Notes: a model not told the origin generated them from the sequence alone. A stretch of 64,000 bases of DNA from Octopus vulgaris (GCA_951406725.2 OX597829.1:14446001-14510000), one strand, 5' to 3'; counted from the stretch's first letter, positions 45,010 to 58,629 are shown. Program-made: numbers and translations.

Positions 45010-46177
45010 ATTTAACTTATTCGCCACCAGAGCGACGGCTGAAGGGGACAATACAGACATAAAGTGTGGTGAGTTTACATATAATGAAATGATAAAATAA
45101 TTTTTTATAAAAAAAATAAAAGTATACATGATATACAACGAAAAGAAAGAGACATGTGCACAGTATACAAAGGTTTAAAAATCAGGGTGGGAAGATAGAG
45201 ATGTAACTTTTCTGAATCAGGAGGACTTCTAGGGATAATCGAGGAAGCCTACTGTCCAAGATTTCCTTGAACATCAGGAGCATGTGCCTTCTCCAATTCT
45301 TTCTCTCCGACTCACAGGTCGACATTTAGAGAGGTACCATCCACTCTTGTCATTTTCGCACCTTTCACCCCCCTTTCAATAAATTCACTCGAGGACAGCA
45401 CTTCCCTCTCCACTCTCAGTTTCCTTTTCAAGTCATTGAGAGCTGTACCAAAGAGGAATGTATCTGTCCTCATGCCTTTCAGCCTTGTCTACCAAACAAC
45501 CTCTTTCGACGCAGCCACCAGGGAAAGGAAAACTGCCTTGCATGCCCGGTTGAAGGAGGGCGGTGGAGTAATCATCACTACAGACGGATCCGTCCCACAC
45601 GTGACACCTGATGTTCGACATAACTGCACAAGTCAGCAATACCTAATTCTTTACTACCCACAAGGGGCTAAACACAGAGAGGACAAACAAGGAGAGACAA
45701 ACGGATTAAGTCGATTATATCGACCCCAGTGTGTAACTTGTTCTTAATTTATCAACCCCGAAAAGATGAAAGGCAAAGCCGACCTCGGCGGAATTTGAAC
45801 TCACAACGTAGCGGCAAACGAAATACAGCTACGCATTTCGCCCGGCGTGCTAACGTTTCTGTCAGCTCGCCGCCTTTTCAGCAATACGTGGACACTGAAC
45901 GAGCGCGTGCAGAACAGTTTCGTCACTCTGCGTGCACCTCGGACAAGTCCGTCTGACAGCACACCTAGAAATTATCCATGATAGTTCCCGACCGGAAATT
46001 CCTCCGGAACAGACTAGCCAGTTCATTTTCGTCGGCGTCCAGAGTCTCCCTAAGAACGTCATTGTATTTTCTCGCCACTTATCCTCTATGAATTTCGTAA
46101 GTTTCTTAAGCGGAACATCCACAGATATCATTGCCCGACTGGTAGAGGGCTGAGCGCCTGATGACATTCTAGTTGCC
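45010..46177 (-). mobile_element. Tx1/L1-like LINE 3' portion flanked by (TAA)n, interrupted by SINE B
   Basis: CPRCTQSDETVLHALVQCPRIA zinc knuckle; KAVFLSLVAASKEVVW*TRLKG..LKRKLRVEREVLSS. Confidence 0.8.
45643..45877 (-). mobile_element. SINE B, full length, with 10-bp TSD
   Basis: tcagcaatac at 45633-45642 and 45878-45887; head ggcggcgagctgacagaaacgttagc, B-box gagttcaaattcc. Confidence 0.92.
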
Positions 46178-47405
46178 AATAATAATAATAATGATAATAA
46201 TCCCTTTTGCAATAGGCACAAGACCTAAAATCTTGTGAGAAGGGTTAGTGAAATACATCGACTTGAGTGCACAACTAGTAATATTTTATCGATCCCGAAG
46301 GGATGAAAGGCAAAATCAACCTCAGCGGAATTTGAACTCAGGATCTAAATACCAAGAAGAAATACTACTGAGTATTTTACCAGTATGTCACCATCATAGT
46401 AATATCGGCTTCACGTTTTGGCACAAGACCAGCGATTCTTGGAGAGGGGTTATATAAATCCTTGTAGTTAAGTAGTACTTATTTCATCAACCCCGATGGT
46501 ATTTGATCTCACAATGTAAATACGGGTGAAATATAGTTAGTTCGACCAACAAACGATTCTGCTAATTCGCCGCCATTTTAGGTAATTAAAAAAAGAGTAA
46601 TTTTTAGAACAGTAATAATTTTCGCCCAATTTCTACATTCTTTGGATTCCAAAGTGCTTCTATTTGTGTCGCAATATTTTTCCGAGGGTTTCCCAAAATG
46701 ATGTTGAGAAAAAAGAAGAAAGAAGACATGCACCCAACACCAGAGCTGAAGACACCTCCAAAAGGAGTGGGGGCCTGCCACGTCAAAACGGTAGAGGAGT
46801 AGGGGCCGAAACCGGACGTGGTTCCTCCTGATGATGTCTTGAGCTAACTGGATCCTATAAAAGAGCTGTTGTGGTAGCAGACCACGAAACACGGTTATAA
46901 TTCCTCTCCTCTTTGCCACACTAAGAAAGTGTTGCAATCTGAATATTGTGGAGTACTTAGAGGGGTTGGAAGAATTGTTAGCACGCTGTTCTTTATGTTC
47001 TGAGTAACAGTCCCATCGAGGTTTGCCTTTCATCCTTTCTGAATCAGTAAAATAAGTACCAGTCAAGCACCGGGGACCATACAATCGACTAACTTCTCTA
47101 CCCTAAAACTGCTGATCTTGAGCCAAAATTTAAAACCAATATTACGGAACATAGTAACTTTGACAAACTATTTTTTTTTGTTTTGAGACGTGGGTTTGGT
47201 TTAGAATAGGTATTTCTTCTTTAAGCATGGAGTGTATATTGTGGGAACCTAAGAGGTTCCAGTGAATGTAGAATCATTTTCGATTAATCATTTGTATCAG
47301 ATTTGGAAGGGCATGTGACGTTCAGGCACAGCCTTTTGGCGCCGCTTATTTGGTGTTACTGGTTCGACATATTTAATAGCAGGCGCTTTAATGTTTCACT
47401 CGTTT

Positions 47406-47610
47406 TGTCTCTCTCCCCTCTCTCCCCCTCTCTCCCCTCTCTCTCAGTCTCTCTCCCCTCTCTCAGTCTCTCTCTCCCCTCTCTCTGTCTCTCTCCCCTT
47501 TCTCCCCCTCTCTCTGTGTCTCTCTCAACCTCTCTCTCTGTCCTTCTCCCCTCTCTCTGTTTCTCCCCCTCCCTCTCTGTCTCTATCCCCCTCTCTCAAG
47601 CTCCTGTCTC
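47406..47610. repeat. CT-rich minisatellite (ctctctcccctctct..)
   Basis: Directly visible. Confidence 0.85.
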
Positions 47611-48033
47611 CCTATCATACTTTCATATCCTTCAGTACCATACTTCTTACAGTTGAAGGGCCTTGTCTTACAGTTAGATGGTGACTACACAAGTACTGGT
47701 GCTACAAAGAACACCCAATTCATTCTGTAAAGGGACTGGCATTAAAAGGGAGCATCCAGTTGAAGAGGCCATAAAGCAGACATAGGGAATTGGCGTAGAC
47801 CTCTGCTTCGTCAGTTCATATCAAAACCAACAATCCCATGTCAGCATAGAGATAAGGGACTTTGAATAATGTTGATGATAAACATTCCCAAAGACAGGTA
47901 TGAGATATTTTGCCTCAGCCGTTTTGGCGCCTTCTACTTGGCATCAGTAATTTGGCGCTCACTTATTAGAAATCAGACGGTTTAATGTTTTGTTTTAATA
48001 TTTCTCTCTCACTTCCGGGCGTTATGTCATTGA

Positions 48034-48108
<75 letters not shown>

Positions 48109-48149
48109 TTTCACTCTGTCTGTGTGTGTGTTTGTATATGTATATATAT

Positions 48150-48446
48150 CACGTGACCGACCAGGCTATCAGATGTTGCTACACATCGCTGGTCACAATG
48201 CGCTTCGCATTGTTTTAGCCTTCAATGACACCACCCCGCTGGCTAAGCGAGCAGGCCAACAGAAGAAAGAGTGAGAGAAAGTTGTGGTGAAAGAGTACAG
48301 CAGGGATCACCCCCCCACACCTGCCGGAGCCTCGTGGAGATTTAGGTGTTTTCGCTCAATAAACACTCACAACGCTCGGTCTGGGAATCGAAACCGCGAT
48401 CCTATGACCACGAGTCGGCTGCCCTAACCACTGGGCCATTGCGCAT

Positions 48447-48447
<1 letters not shown>
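48150..48447 (-). mobile_element. SINE family C1 (tRNA head)
   Basis: TGGCCCAGTGGttagggc..GGTTTCGATTCC; shares its 5' ~170 nt with 62201-62506. A tail fragment also occurs at 59618-59686. Confidence 0.8.
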
Positions 48448-48488
<41 letters not shown>

Positions 48489-48787
48489 GTATATGAATAT
48501 TTATACATACACACACATCTGTTTATGTATAAGTATATTTTTCTCTATGTTTCTGAAGTGACGAAGTGTTTATATCAATCTTGCTCAATAAATAACTAGT
48601 GATATTTGTCATTCAACGCCGTCTGTATTCCTTCCGCTGCATCTATCTCTCTGTCGGTGTTTATGTGTGTACTCATATTTCTTTTTATGCGCATGAGGAG
48701 AGGAAAAGTGTCACTATCAATCGCATTCATAGATTGCAATGTCTCACAAATCAGATTGCGTGTTATATATAATATATATATATATAA

Positions 48788-48970
48788 TTCAAATTTACAG
48801 AAAACAAAAGACGAAGACAGGTGAAGGAACAACAAGCAGATATAGTAGTTTAACGCTCGGGAAAAATGGAAGTCTTTGACGTTCCGAGTCTACGCTCTTC
48901 AACAATAAAGATTGAAAGGACAAAAATGGAGACAACGAAAAAGAAAAAAAAAGCCGGAGAGAGAAGAAAA
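48788..48970 (-). mobile_element. Family 2 hammerhead element, degenerate
   Basis: aaacaaaagacgaagacaggtg...gtctttgacgttccgagtctacgctcttcaac. Confidence 0.65.
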
Positions 48971-49519
48971 TGAGTAGGGATTAACGACACACAAACACTC
49001 ACTCTCCTCTCTCACACAGACACACACGTACATTCGTATATTGTAGTTGGTCATTTTCTAAAGTGGTAGCCACATTTACGAGTTCGATTCTCGATTGTAT
49101 CATAAAATATAATTTTTAACTTCATAACACGAGGGTCAGAAATACGCAAAACCACTCATTAAAAGTCTTCATCAACACACTCCATGAAAACGTTGAACAT
49201 CTCGAAATTCCTGGCTGCGTGGTAAGAAATTTGCTTCCGAACCACATGGTTGTAGATTCACTCCCATTGCAAAGCACCTTGGGCAATCTCTTCTACTACA
49301 GGCCCGGGGAGGGATCAAATACTTGTGGGTAAAGAAGGGAAACTGTATGGGAGATCGAGGTGTATCTACAAGCATGGGTGTCTGGTTAAGGAGCGCTTTG
49401 CAACCACATTCCGGATTCAATGGCAATCCGCAAAAGCTTGAGAATATACTTTCTATTACATAACCGGGCCGACAGAATCTTTTCGTGTAGATTTGGTAGA
49501 CGAAATGGTATGAAAGCTC

Positions 49520-49576
<57 letters not shown>

Positions 49577-49577
<1 letters not shown>

Positions 49578-49725
49578 GGAGTAAACACATAAATGTGAAA
49601 CAATGTGGAAAAAAGAGTACTCAAATACCAGTGGTAGAGTAATATGCTTTATTTAAATAGCAGAAAATTCAACAAAACCTGTTAGTGTAACAGGTTTTGT
49701 TGAATTTTCTGCTGCTTTAAATAAA

Positions 49726-49730
<5 letters not shown>
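49577..49730. mobile_element. Family 1 palindromic element, copy 3, ribozyme centre deleted
   Basis: Same leader and outer arms; centre collapsed to cctgtta-gtg-taacagg. Confidence 0.85.
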
Positions 49731-49764
<34 letters not shown>

Positions 49765-50879
49765 GTGTGTGTGTGTATGTGTGTGTATAAATGTATGTGT
49801 GTGTATATAAATGTGTGTGTGTGTGTATAGGCACACATAGATATGTATATATCTAACTGTGTGTTTATCTTTCCCCACGCATTAATAACCGGTGTTGGTT
49901 AGCTTTCGTCGGTACAAAAAGTTCCAAGTGATGTTACTAGACCCGATTTGTTTGATTGAATAACCTTCAAGGCGATGCCCGTCATGGACACACTCCAATG
50001 ACTGAATCAAGTAAAAGATAGAAGATAAAAGATATAAATTACCCCTCAAAAATATTAATTAATCATGTGGACACCTATGTCGCTACGGGGTTTGGGGGGG
50101 GGGAGAGATATTGCAATATTGCATCAGGTTTGTAGTAAGGTGTTTGGGGCGCATGCGCGTCTTCGTACACACACACGCACACACAAACGCACACACATAT
50201 ATACATAGACATATTTATTAACATACATATATATCCATACATTTATATATATGCATACATATGTACATATATATATTTACATAGAAGATACATATAGATA
50301 CGCATGTATGCATATATATATACATACAAATACAAACACACATAGACACGTATATATATATATATGTGTGTGTGTGCGAGTGTTTAATATTCAATAGGTT
50401 TGAGCTAAGTGCATAGGAAAGAGTAAGGTTTATAAATAAGACTGCAAAGAAGATCGATAAAAGGCCGCCGGTTGCAATTGAATATATGAAAGTATGTATA
50501 GGTGTTAATATTGATAAGTAGGTATGATGTATACATAAGTGTGTGTATATATGTGTTTTTGCGTGTGCGTATTCATGTATGTGTTTGCCTATGTACGTAT
50601 ATAGCTATAACTATGCATAAATATATATATATATATATATATAATGCGCGTGTACATATATGTATATATACTTATATTTGTATAATAGTATATACACATG
50701 TATATATACACACAGACACGTATATACGTATATATGGTCATGTGAGCATTAATTTATATACGTATATATGTACATATATATATACGTACATATATATATG
50801 TGTGTATATATATACATATATATATGTATATATATATATATATATGCACGCGCACATACAAACACTCAAACATACACAC

Positions 50880-50912
<33 letters not shown>

Positions 50913-51084
50913 GGAATATGTAGTCTCTGTGTATATACGTATATGTGAGTATATGCACGAATACTCTATAGAAGCGTGTATATCTGTATGATAGTATATA
51001 TTTATAAATATCTATATATATATGTGTGTGTGTTTATTTCTACACACACACACACACATATAGAAATGTAGGGACAGAGACAGC

Positions 51085-51330
51085 TCTGAGTATTCCCAAC
51101 TGTGGTCGTCACAAAAGGTCAAACTAACGGCTGAACTCAAGGTAATCCAATGCCACAACGCAAAATTGCTTCGGTGCTAACGATGAGCTACTGGGAGAGG
51201 CTAAAAGAACTGAGTCTTTACTCTCTGGAGATAGATATGCTGTGATATGAAAAATCCTGAAAGATCTAGCCCCCAACTTAGGCTCGTAACTGGACGGCAC
51301 TGCCCTGTACAAGAGATCCTGTCCTTCCTG
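51085..51330 (+). mobile_element. CR1/L2-like LINE fragment
   Basis: YSQLWSSQKVKLTAELKVIQ..MSYWERLKELSLYSLE..TGRHC. Confidence 0.75.
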
Positions 51331-51567
51331 TTCATATGATATATATATAATCTGTTCATATGATATATATATATATATATATATGCGCATATGATATTTT
51401 ATATCTCTCTCTCTCTGTGTCTTTGTGTATGTGTTTGTCCCACCACCACCGCTTGTAAACCGTTATGGTTTGGTAAAAAGGACCGATAGGTTAAGTACCA
51501 GGTGTTAAAAATGTACTGGGTTGGATTCGTTCAACTAAACCTCAGTCTAATGACTGAAACACGTAAA

Positions 51568-51623
<56 letters not shown>

Positions 51624-51627
<4 letters not shown>

Positions 51628-52130
51628 GAAGAATTCACGAAAAAACAAAAAATGAAGACAGGTGGTATAACGCTCGGGAATTGAAAAATCTTTAACGTTT
51701 CCAGCCTACGCTCTTCCACACAAAGGAACACAGTAAGAAGCAAGGAAAGAAAAAAATGCGTGTAGTGGCTAGCGATCTATCATGGCGAATGCCGAATAGA
51801 AGGGTCACACAGGGGAGCTAAGAAGTAGGGGAGATAACAAAGTAGTAGTGATGCCAAAACGAAGGTAAGCGTGTGTGTAAGAGAGTACTATGTGCGTGTG
51901 AAAGAGGGCTGGTGATCTTGACATGTGCGTGTGTGTATGTGTAGTTGTGAAAATGTAGGGATGAGAATTGGTCAGTGCTGGTGTGTGCGTGATGGTGTGT
52001 TGTGATGTGATGTGTTGTGTGGTATGGTGTAGTGTGGTGTGGTGTGATGGTGGTGGAAGATGAGGGAGGCGAGAGTTGGGAAAGCACGGATGGAGTATGG
52101 GTTAGGCTGAGGGTTGGGGCAGAGGTGGAT
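51624..52130 (-). mobile_element. Family 2 element, long form with GT-rich region
   Basis: Matches the organisation of 33314-34070; degenerate motif at 51688-51725. Confidence 0.65.
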
Positions 52131-52137
52131 ATATGTT

Positions 52138-52170
<33 letters not shown>

Positions 52171-52703
52171 GCCTTATCGGACTAACTGGAAGCTACTGGA
52201 ACAAGCTGGTTCATACCTCAATGGTCATACTAATTTCACTCGATTCGAATGCTTTCTTGAATTTTAGTGTAAGTGTAAGTTTTCGTCAGTGCGAATGATA
52301 GAGAATTTGTTTTGGAAACGTGGCCTTCCATGTTTGCGCACTACTGAACGAATAAAGTATATAAACAAACCCATGTCGGATACAGCTGGAATTGTTCAAA
52401 TTGAGTTTTGTTTATTTCTCTCGGAATGAGAGAATTTAGTTAAAAATTAGGGGTTTTTTTGTTATTTTTTTCGTTTCAAGGTTGTCTTTCACCATCAAGT
52501 AGACCTAGATTGCATTTTTACTTCCATTAGTAGAGAGGTTATGTGTCTCTAGTCTGCAAGACATATGAGTGACCTATATTGGAAAATGCAATAACAAACG
52601 TGAAACCAGTGGTAGCTTTCTGAGAGGCCAACAACCAGGGATATACTACGTGCCAACATAAAGTTCATATGCATCTGTGTGTGCATAAATATACACAGAT
52701 ACC

Positions 52704-52765
<62 letters not shown>

Positions 52766-52769
52766 AACG

Positions 52770-52936
52770 GAGTTTAACGCTTTTTTTCTCTCGTTTTTTT
52801 TTGTGTGTCCCTTTCTGTAGAAGAGCGTAGGCTCGAAACGTAAAATACATTTTCTATTCCTGAGCGTTATACTAATACATCTGTTTGTTTTGTACACCAC
52901 CTGTCTTCGTCTTATGTTTTTCGTAAACTCTCCCTA
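52770..52936 (+). mobile_element. Family 2 hammerhead element
   Basis: 52811-52845: cttt-CTGTAGA-A-gagc-gtag-gctc-GAAAC-GTA-aaa. Confidence 0.75.
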
Positions 52937-53068
52937 TAATTCAAATACTTTTACTTCCGACACATGTTTCGAAGATATCACTGATATTATTCCAAAGGAA
53001 TAAATGGTGTAAAACAATGTAAAACAAGGTGTAAAATAAATGGTGTAAAACGAAGGGAAAATACACAC

Positions 53069-53140
<72 letters not shown>

Positions 53141-53175
53141 CACTCACTCACTCACTCACTCACTCACTCACTCAC

Positions 53176-53283
<108 letters not shown>

Positions 53284-53879
53284 TATACTCAACCCGAGGT
53301 TTCTTGGACGAAACGTTTATTTCGCCATTTTTTCAAGCTGAGAATAAGACGGTTTGTCACTTGGTTTAAAGCCGATGACGTTTAAACAAAAGAACGTTAA
53401 AAAGAAGACGGAAAGAAAACGACAAGGGAGATAACCAACGTTATAACAAACATGTCGAAAAAAAAAAGACGCTAAGACATTAATGGCTGACATTATAACA
53501 TTATCTCTACTCTCGTAGTTGATCGAGTGCTATTCTACTTATTGGGGCCTTACCACATAACATTATATATATATATATATATATAACGGGAAGCTTTATG
53601 AAAATAGACAAAAGACGAAGGCAGGTGGAAAACAAACAAACAATTGTATATATATATATATATATATACAATTTGGGGGATAAACAAATTAGACACATGA
53701 AATATATTAAATATATCAAATACAAAATATGTATATGAGTTTACATGCTAAATGAAAGTAAAAGGTGGAAACTTTCGATAATGACTTTATATGTATAAAT
53801 ATATAGATGTTTATATTACTAGGTCCACCTTTTGTTTTCTCTCGTTTTGCATGTATACATATCTTCCTTTTTTTCTTCT

Positions 53880-54248
53880 TTTTACTTGTTTCAGTCATTT
53901 GACTGCGGCCATGCTGGGGTACTGCCTTTAGTCGAGCAAATCGACCCCAGGACTTATTCTTTGGAAGCCTAGTACTTCTTCTATCGGTCTCTTTTTGCCG
54001 AACCGCTAAGTTACGGGGACGTAAGCACACCAGCATCGGTTGTCAGGCGATGTTGGTGGTGGTGGGACAAACACAGACACACGCACACACACACACACAT
54101 ATATATATATATACGACGGGCTTCTTTCAGTTTCCGTCTACCAAATCCACTCTCAAGGCTTTCTACATATGAAGACACTTGCCCAAAGTACCACGCAGTG
54201 GGAATGAATCCGGAACCATGTGGTTGGTAAGCAAGCTACTTACCACAC
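53880..54248 (-). mobile_element. SINE A, near full length
   Basis: Consensus match. Confidence 0.9.
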
Positions 54249-54869
54249 CGTATATTTTGTATAAGATGTATTTAATATATCTAATATACTTGTGTCTAAT
54301 TTGTTTATCCGCATAATTGTTTCTATCCTCGCTGAACTTATCCCCTCCTATAGACTTTCTCTACCTTGTAGAACGATCCCCGTAAAGGCATCAGATTTTA
54401 AGTTTGACTCATTTGAGCACTACCTAGTGTCTTCTATACGGAAAATATATGGATTTCATCTGTGGACTTTGTATATATGTATATATCCATCTACATACAC
54501 ACCTCACTTTTTCTCTTTCCCAGTCATTCGACCACAATCATGATGAAAAATCGTTTTGAACTGTTTCCGTCGAACTGCTATTGTTACAGTGTCGCAAACA
54601 AACACCGGTTGTTTTGCGGTGGTGAGTGACAAACAGAGATGCATATATACATGTATACATTTATTATATGGATTCATAAGAACCAATGCCTATCAACTCG
54701 TTGGGTGCTAGACATGGTAGGGTATGATAAGACATTGAAAAAATATTGAATATTGCAAGTGTTGGAGGTTATTGTACATATGCAAGCACGAAATTTAATT
54801 AAATCATAAATCCGATTCAGAAGTGGTTCGTTGGTTTGGTATAGATATAAAAAGTAAACTCAAATGGTA

Positions 54870-54972
54870 TTTAAAATTTACGACAGCTGTTTCGATAGAA
54901 TTTCATTTATATAATGCAGTCATAAAAGATTACCTCATTATATATATTCGCCATCATCAAACAAAATTTTAA
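54870..54972 (-). ncRNA. Hammerhead-like motif with long stem II
   Basis: ttaaaattttgt-TTGATGA-(tatataatg..cattatata hairpin)-GAAAC-AGCT-GTC-gtaaattttaa. Confidence 0.5.
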
Positions 54973-55448
54973 ACAAAAACCTAGACATAGTCAACATTTG
55001 TTGGATTACTGAGGCATTTGACTTTAGCATTTGAATATATAGTATAATCAGAACGTGTAGCTTAAGACAGGCAAATGATAACAGAGATTATAAAAATATA
55101 CAATGTAAATTTACTTATCTAAATTAGTCTATTGTTTAACAATGACGCCGAATAGTCTCTCTGTCTGTGTCCATGTGTCCATACATAGATACATACATAC
55201 ATAGATACATACATAATGCATAAATAAATATATGCATGCATACATACATTCACACAACAATATCCATTGAACCTAAAAGATTGCTTGGAGGTGCATGGCA
55301 TGTTATATAAATCTGCCAGTTTATTGTATTTCTAAAGCCTGAAAGTATTAGTAGGTCTTTTGTAAATTCTGTACATTAAATGATATTTATCTCTCACCGG
55401 GTGGAATACACTTTTGCTGATCCCACCTATAACAGAACTGAAAACTGA

Positions 55449-55517
<69 letters not shown>

Positions 55518-55870
55518 GCAGAGAAGTGTTAGTAGTGAGTGAAAAGCGTCTGACAGCGCAGGTGAAATTGCTAGAACCGTGATTTCTGTGTATTTGCACG
55601 TTATCGGTAGCTTTTCGCTTGCTGCTGATATTTCTGTGATTTTTAATGCTACACGTCTATACAAGATACATTCTCAAGACAAATGTCGCAGTGTTGTGGC
55701 TTTCTTACAATGTATTCACGTTAAATATCATATAAAAATTGCTATTCTGAACCAATAATTTTTTGTTGCTTATAACGAATCCTGTGTTTTGTTTTACTAA
55801 TTTTTAGTATGATATAAGGGTCATTACAATGCGTGACTTAACTGAATGACTTTTTCTTTCTTTTCTGCAG

Positions 55871-55948
55871 TACGTAAATCACAACGACCATGGATTATTA
55901 CCATTTTTCTCCTGGGAGAACTGTTTAAGTGAACACCACAAGTTCGAT
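55871..55948 (+). CDS. Candidate 78-bp internal coding exon of an unidentified host gene (YVNHNDHGLLPFFSWENCLSEHHKFD)
   Basis: Polypyrimidine tract tttttctttcttttctgcAG, donor GTAAGT, length a multiple of 3, only phase 0 open, non-repetitive context. Confidence 0.65.
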
Positions 55949-56377
55949 GTAAGTATTTTCTTAACGATATTTGATCAAATGTATATACCTCTGTAGTATC
56001 GAAAGAATTATCTTTCTTATCTACTTTATTGATATTTCTCCATTAATTACATGTACATATTTGTTCATCCGTTTCAGTGCTCGGTGCACAACAATTTTTC
56101 CAATCAGGTTTCGATTCTTGTTAATCTCATTAAATTCCCACGTGATGACACGGTGATACTCTACGGTCTGCAGAGGGCTGTAACGTAATATAAAGTGTAT
56201 ATCAATAATGAAAGGAAAAAAATCATGAGCGTGAACTTGGTTTCATTTATTTCAATTGCATGTTTCAGTATTCGGTAACACATGATGTTACATTCTAAAA
56301 GCAATCCTTGGATGCACCTCATAATAGCAGCGTGCATCATCAATTCAAACGCTTCTTCAGACAGACGAGAAATACCA

Positions 56378-56437
<60 letters not shown>

Positions 56438-56441
<4 letters not shown>

Positions 56442-56660
56442 CACCCTCGAAAACAAACAAGAAAAAAAACAAAGAAAAGTAGAACAATAAAATAACAACA
56501 CAAGGACATGGTACATGCAACGTATTAACACGCCCAGGGAAGGAAAGAAAGATAGTGCTATGTTTCGAGCAAAGCTCTTCTTCAGAAAAAGAACACAGCA
56601 GAAAGTCCAAAAGAAAAGGAAGACGGAGAAAAAAAATCACCAGTGATCCACGTGAAGTTA
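56438..56660 (-). mobile_element. Family 2-related element with canonical CUGAAGA core
   Basis: 56559-56590 (-): CTGAAGA-A-gagc-ttt-gctc-GAAAC-ATA; flanked by (TA)n. Confidence 0.55.
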
Positions 56661-56824
56661 AATTTTCAGAAAAAATGCATATTATGTATATATATATATA
56701 TATATAGTATATAAATATCATATATGCCTGTATATTATATATATGTATATTATATATATATTTTATATAATATATATAATTATATTATATACATATTATA
56801 TAATATATTACATAATAATAATAT

Positions 56825-58100
56825 TAGGGAGTATATCCGAACTTACAGGGAAAAAATAAATTTAGGATTAAATTACAGTATAAATATAAATTAAATTAGA
56901 GATAAAACCACTATTAGGCAACTCAAACAGTGATAGACATAAACCAAAACATAAAAATAAATATAATTAATATAATATACAAAAAATATATAAAATATAA
57001 AATTTAAAATTTAAATTATTAAAATTTAAAATTTTAAAATTTATATTTATAAATTTTTATATTTTTATATTTTAAATTTTAAATTTAAAATTTTTAAACT
57101 TCTAATTAAATTTTTTTTTAAACTAACCAAATAGTATTAAAAAGTTTAATATAATATAAGTAAAAACACTACGTACGTTTCATGGCTATAATTCAATTTG
57201 AATTACAATTAAGTTTAAATCTAATTAAAAATTCGAATTAAAATTATAGTCAATCTTCAGGTTAATGATAATAGTTAAATAAATAAGCAAATAGAGTTAA
57301 ATAATATTTTTTAAGAAATAAATAAAATAATAATTTCTAATAAAAAACTCTATTATCAAATTAGAAACTTAAAACATTAGGATTATGTCATACAACACAT
57401 TTATTATGTTAAATATTAATTTTTAAGGTAAAAAATAGGTAGAGAAATGTATTTATCTATTAAGATAAAACATGGCTTTAAAAAACATAATTAACTCACG
57501 AATATCCTAAACTCAGTTATAGTCCAATATCTAATTACCAAATTATTTAACAAAATAATCACTATCCATATTTTTAAATTTAAGTTCAAATCTAATAATT
57601 ATAAAATATCTAAGAATAATAACTAAATTATTATCAATAATTATAATAATTAAGATCTAAAATTTACTCTATCAATAAATATATAGACATATAATGAAAA
57701 CTAAATAAATGAAATAGTCCATTATTACTTACGTAAATATTAAGTACTAATATAATATATCTATGAAATATATTAAAAAATTAAAGATGAAAAAGCAAAT
57801 TATAAACGTATAACATATCTTAAAAGAACCGTATAACTATTTAACGATCTATATATCTAGTTGGCTAAGTAATAACTTACAAATAACGTACAGTTATAAT
57901 CCAATAATTAAATACATATCTTCAACAACTAAATAATTATAGAATCAAATTAACAATCAGTAGTTATATAGTATCCAATACAATAAAACTTATTAAAATA
58001 ACTTTAATAGAAAAGGTTTACTTAGCTATTTTAATATTTTGGTTTATGTCTATCACTGTCTGAGTTGCCTAATAGTGGTTTTATTTCTAATCTAATTTAT
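56825..58100 (-). mobile_element. Extremely AT-rich element with ~65-bp inverted repeats and a hammerhead-like motif (PLE-like)
   Basis: 56890-56950 is reverse-complementary to 58036-58100. 57165-57265 (-): CTGAAGA-ttgactataatt..aattatagccat-GAAAC-GTAC-GTA. Confidence 0.6.
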
Positions 58101-58274
58101 ATTAATATATTACATATATATATATTATATTACATGTATGTTATATATATATAATATATACATTATATATATATTATATATGTATATATATTACATATAT
58201 ATCATATTATATATATTAAATATATATTTGATATATTGTATATATATCATATATATAAGATATATATATATATT

Positions 58275-58487
58275 TCATTACTACCCACAAGGGGCTAAAC
58301 ACAGAGAGGACAAACAAGGACAGACAAACAGAGTACGTCGACCCCAGTGCGTAACTGGTACTTAATTTATCGACTTCGAAATGATGAAAGGCAAAGTTGA
58401 CCTCGGCGGAATTTGAACTCAGAACGTAACGGCATACGAAATACAGCTACGCATTTCGCCCAGCGTGCTAACGTTTCCGGCAGTTCG

Positions 58488-58490
<3 letters not shown>
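58275..58490 (-). mobile_element. SINE B, full length
   Basis: Consensus match. Confidence 0.88.
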
Positions 58491-58522
<32 letters not shown>

Positions 58523-58589
58523 TTTATAAAAATATGGTAAAGTAAAAGAATTCACTTTACCACACAATTAATTGATTCGACCCCCATTA

Positions 58590-58625
<36 letters not shown>

Positions 58626-58629
58626 TGTA

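Noticed and set aside
47655-47880. Possible fourth SINE 3' part ending in (GAT)n
   Set aside because: Single, highly degenerate copy in the window; cannot be supported internally.
52220-52295. CTGACGA..GAAA motif on the minus strand
   Set aside because: No credible stems I or III.
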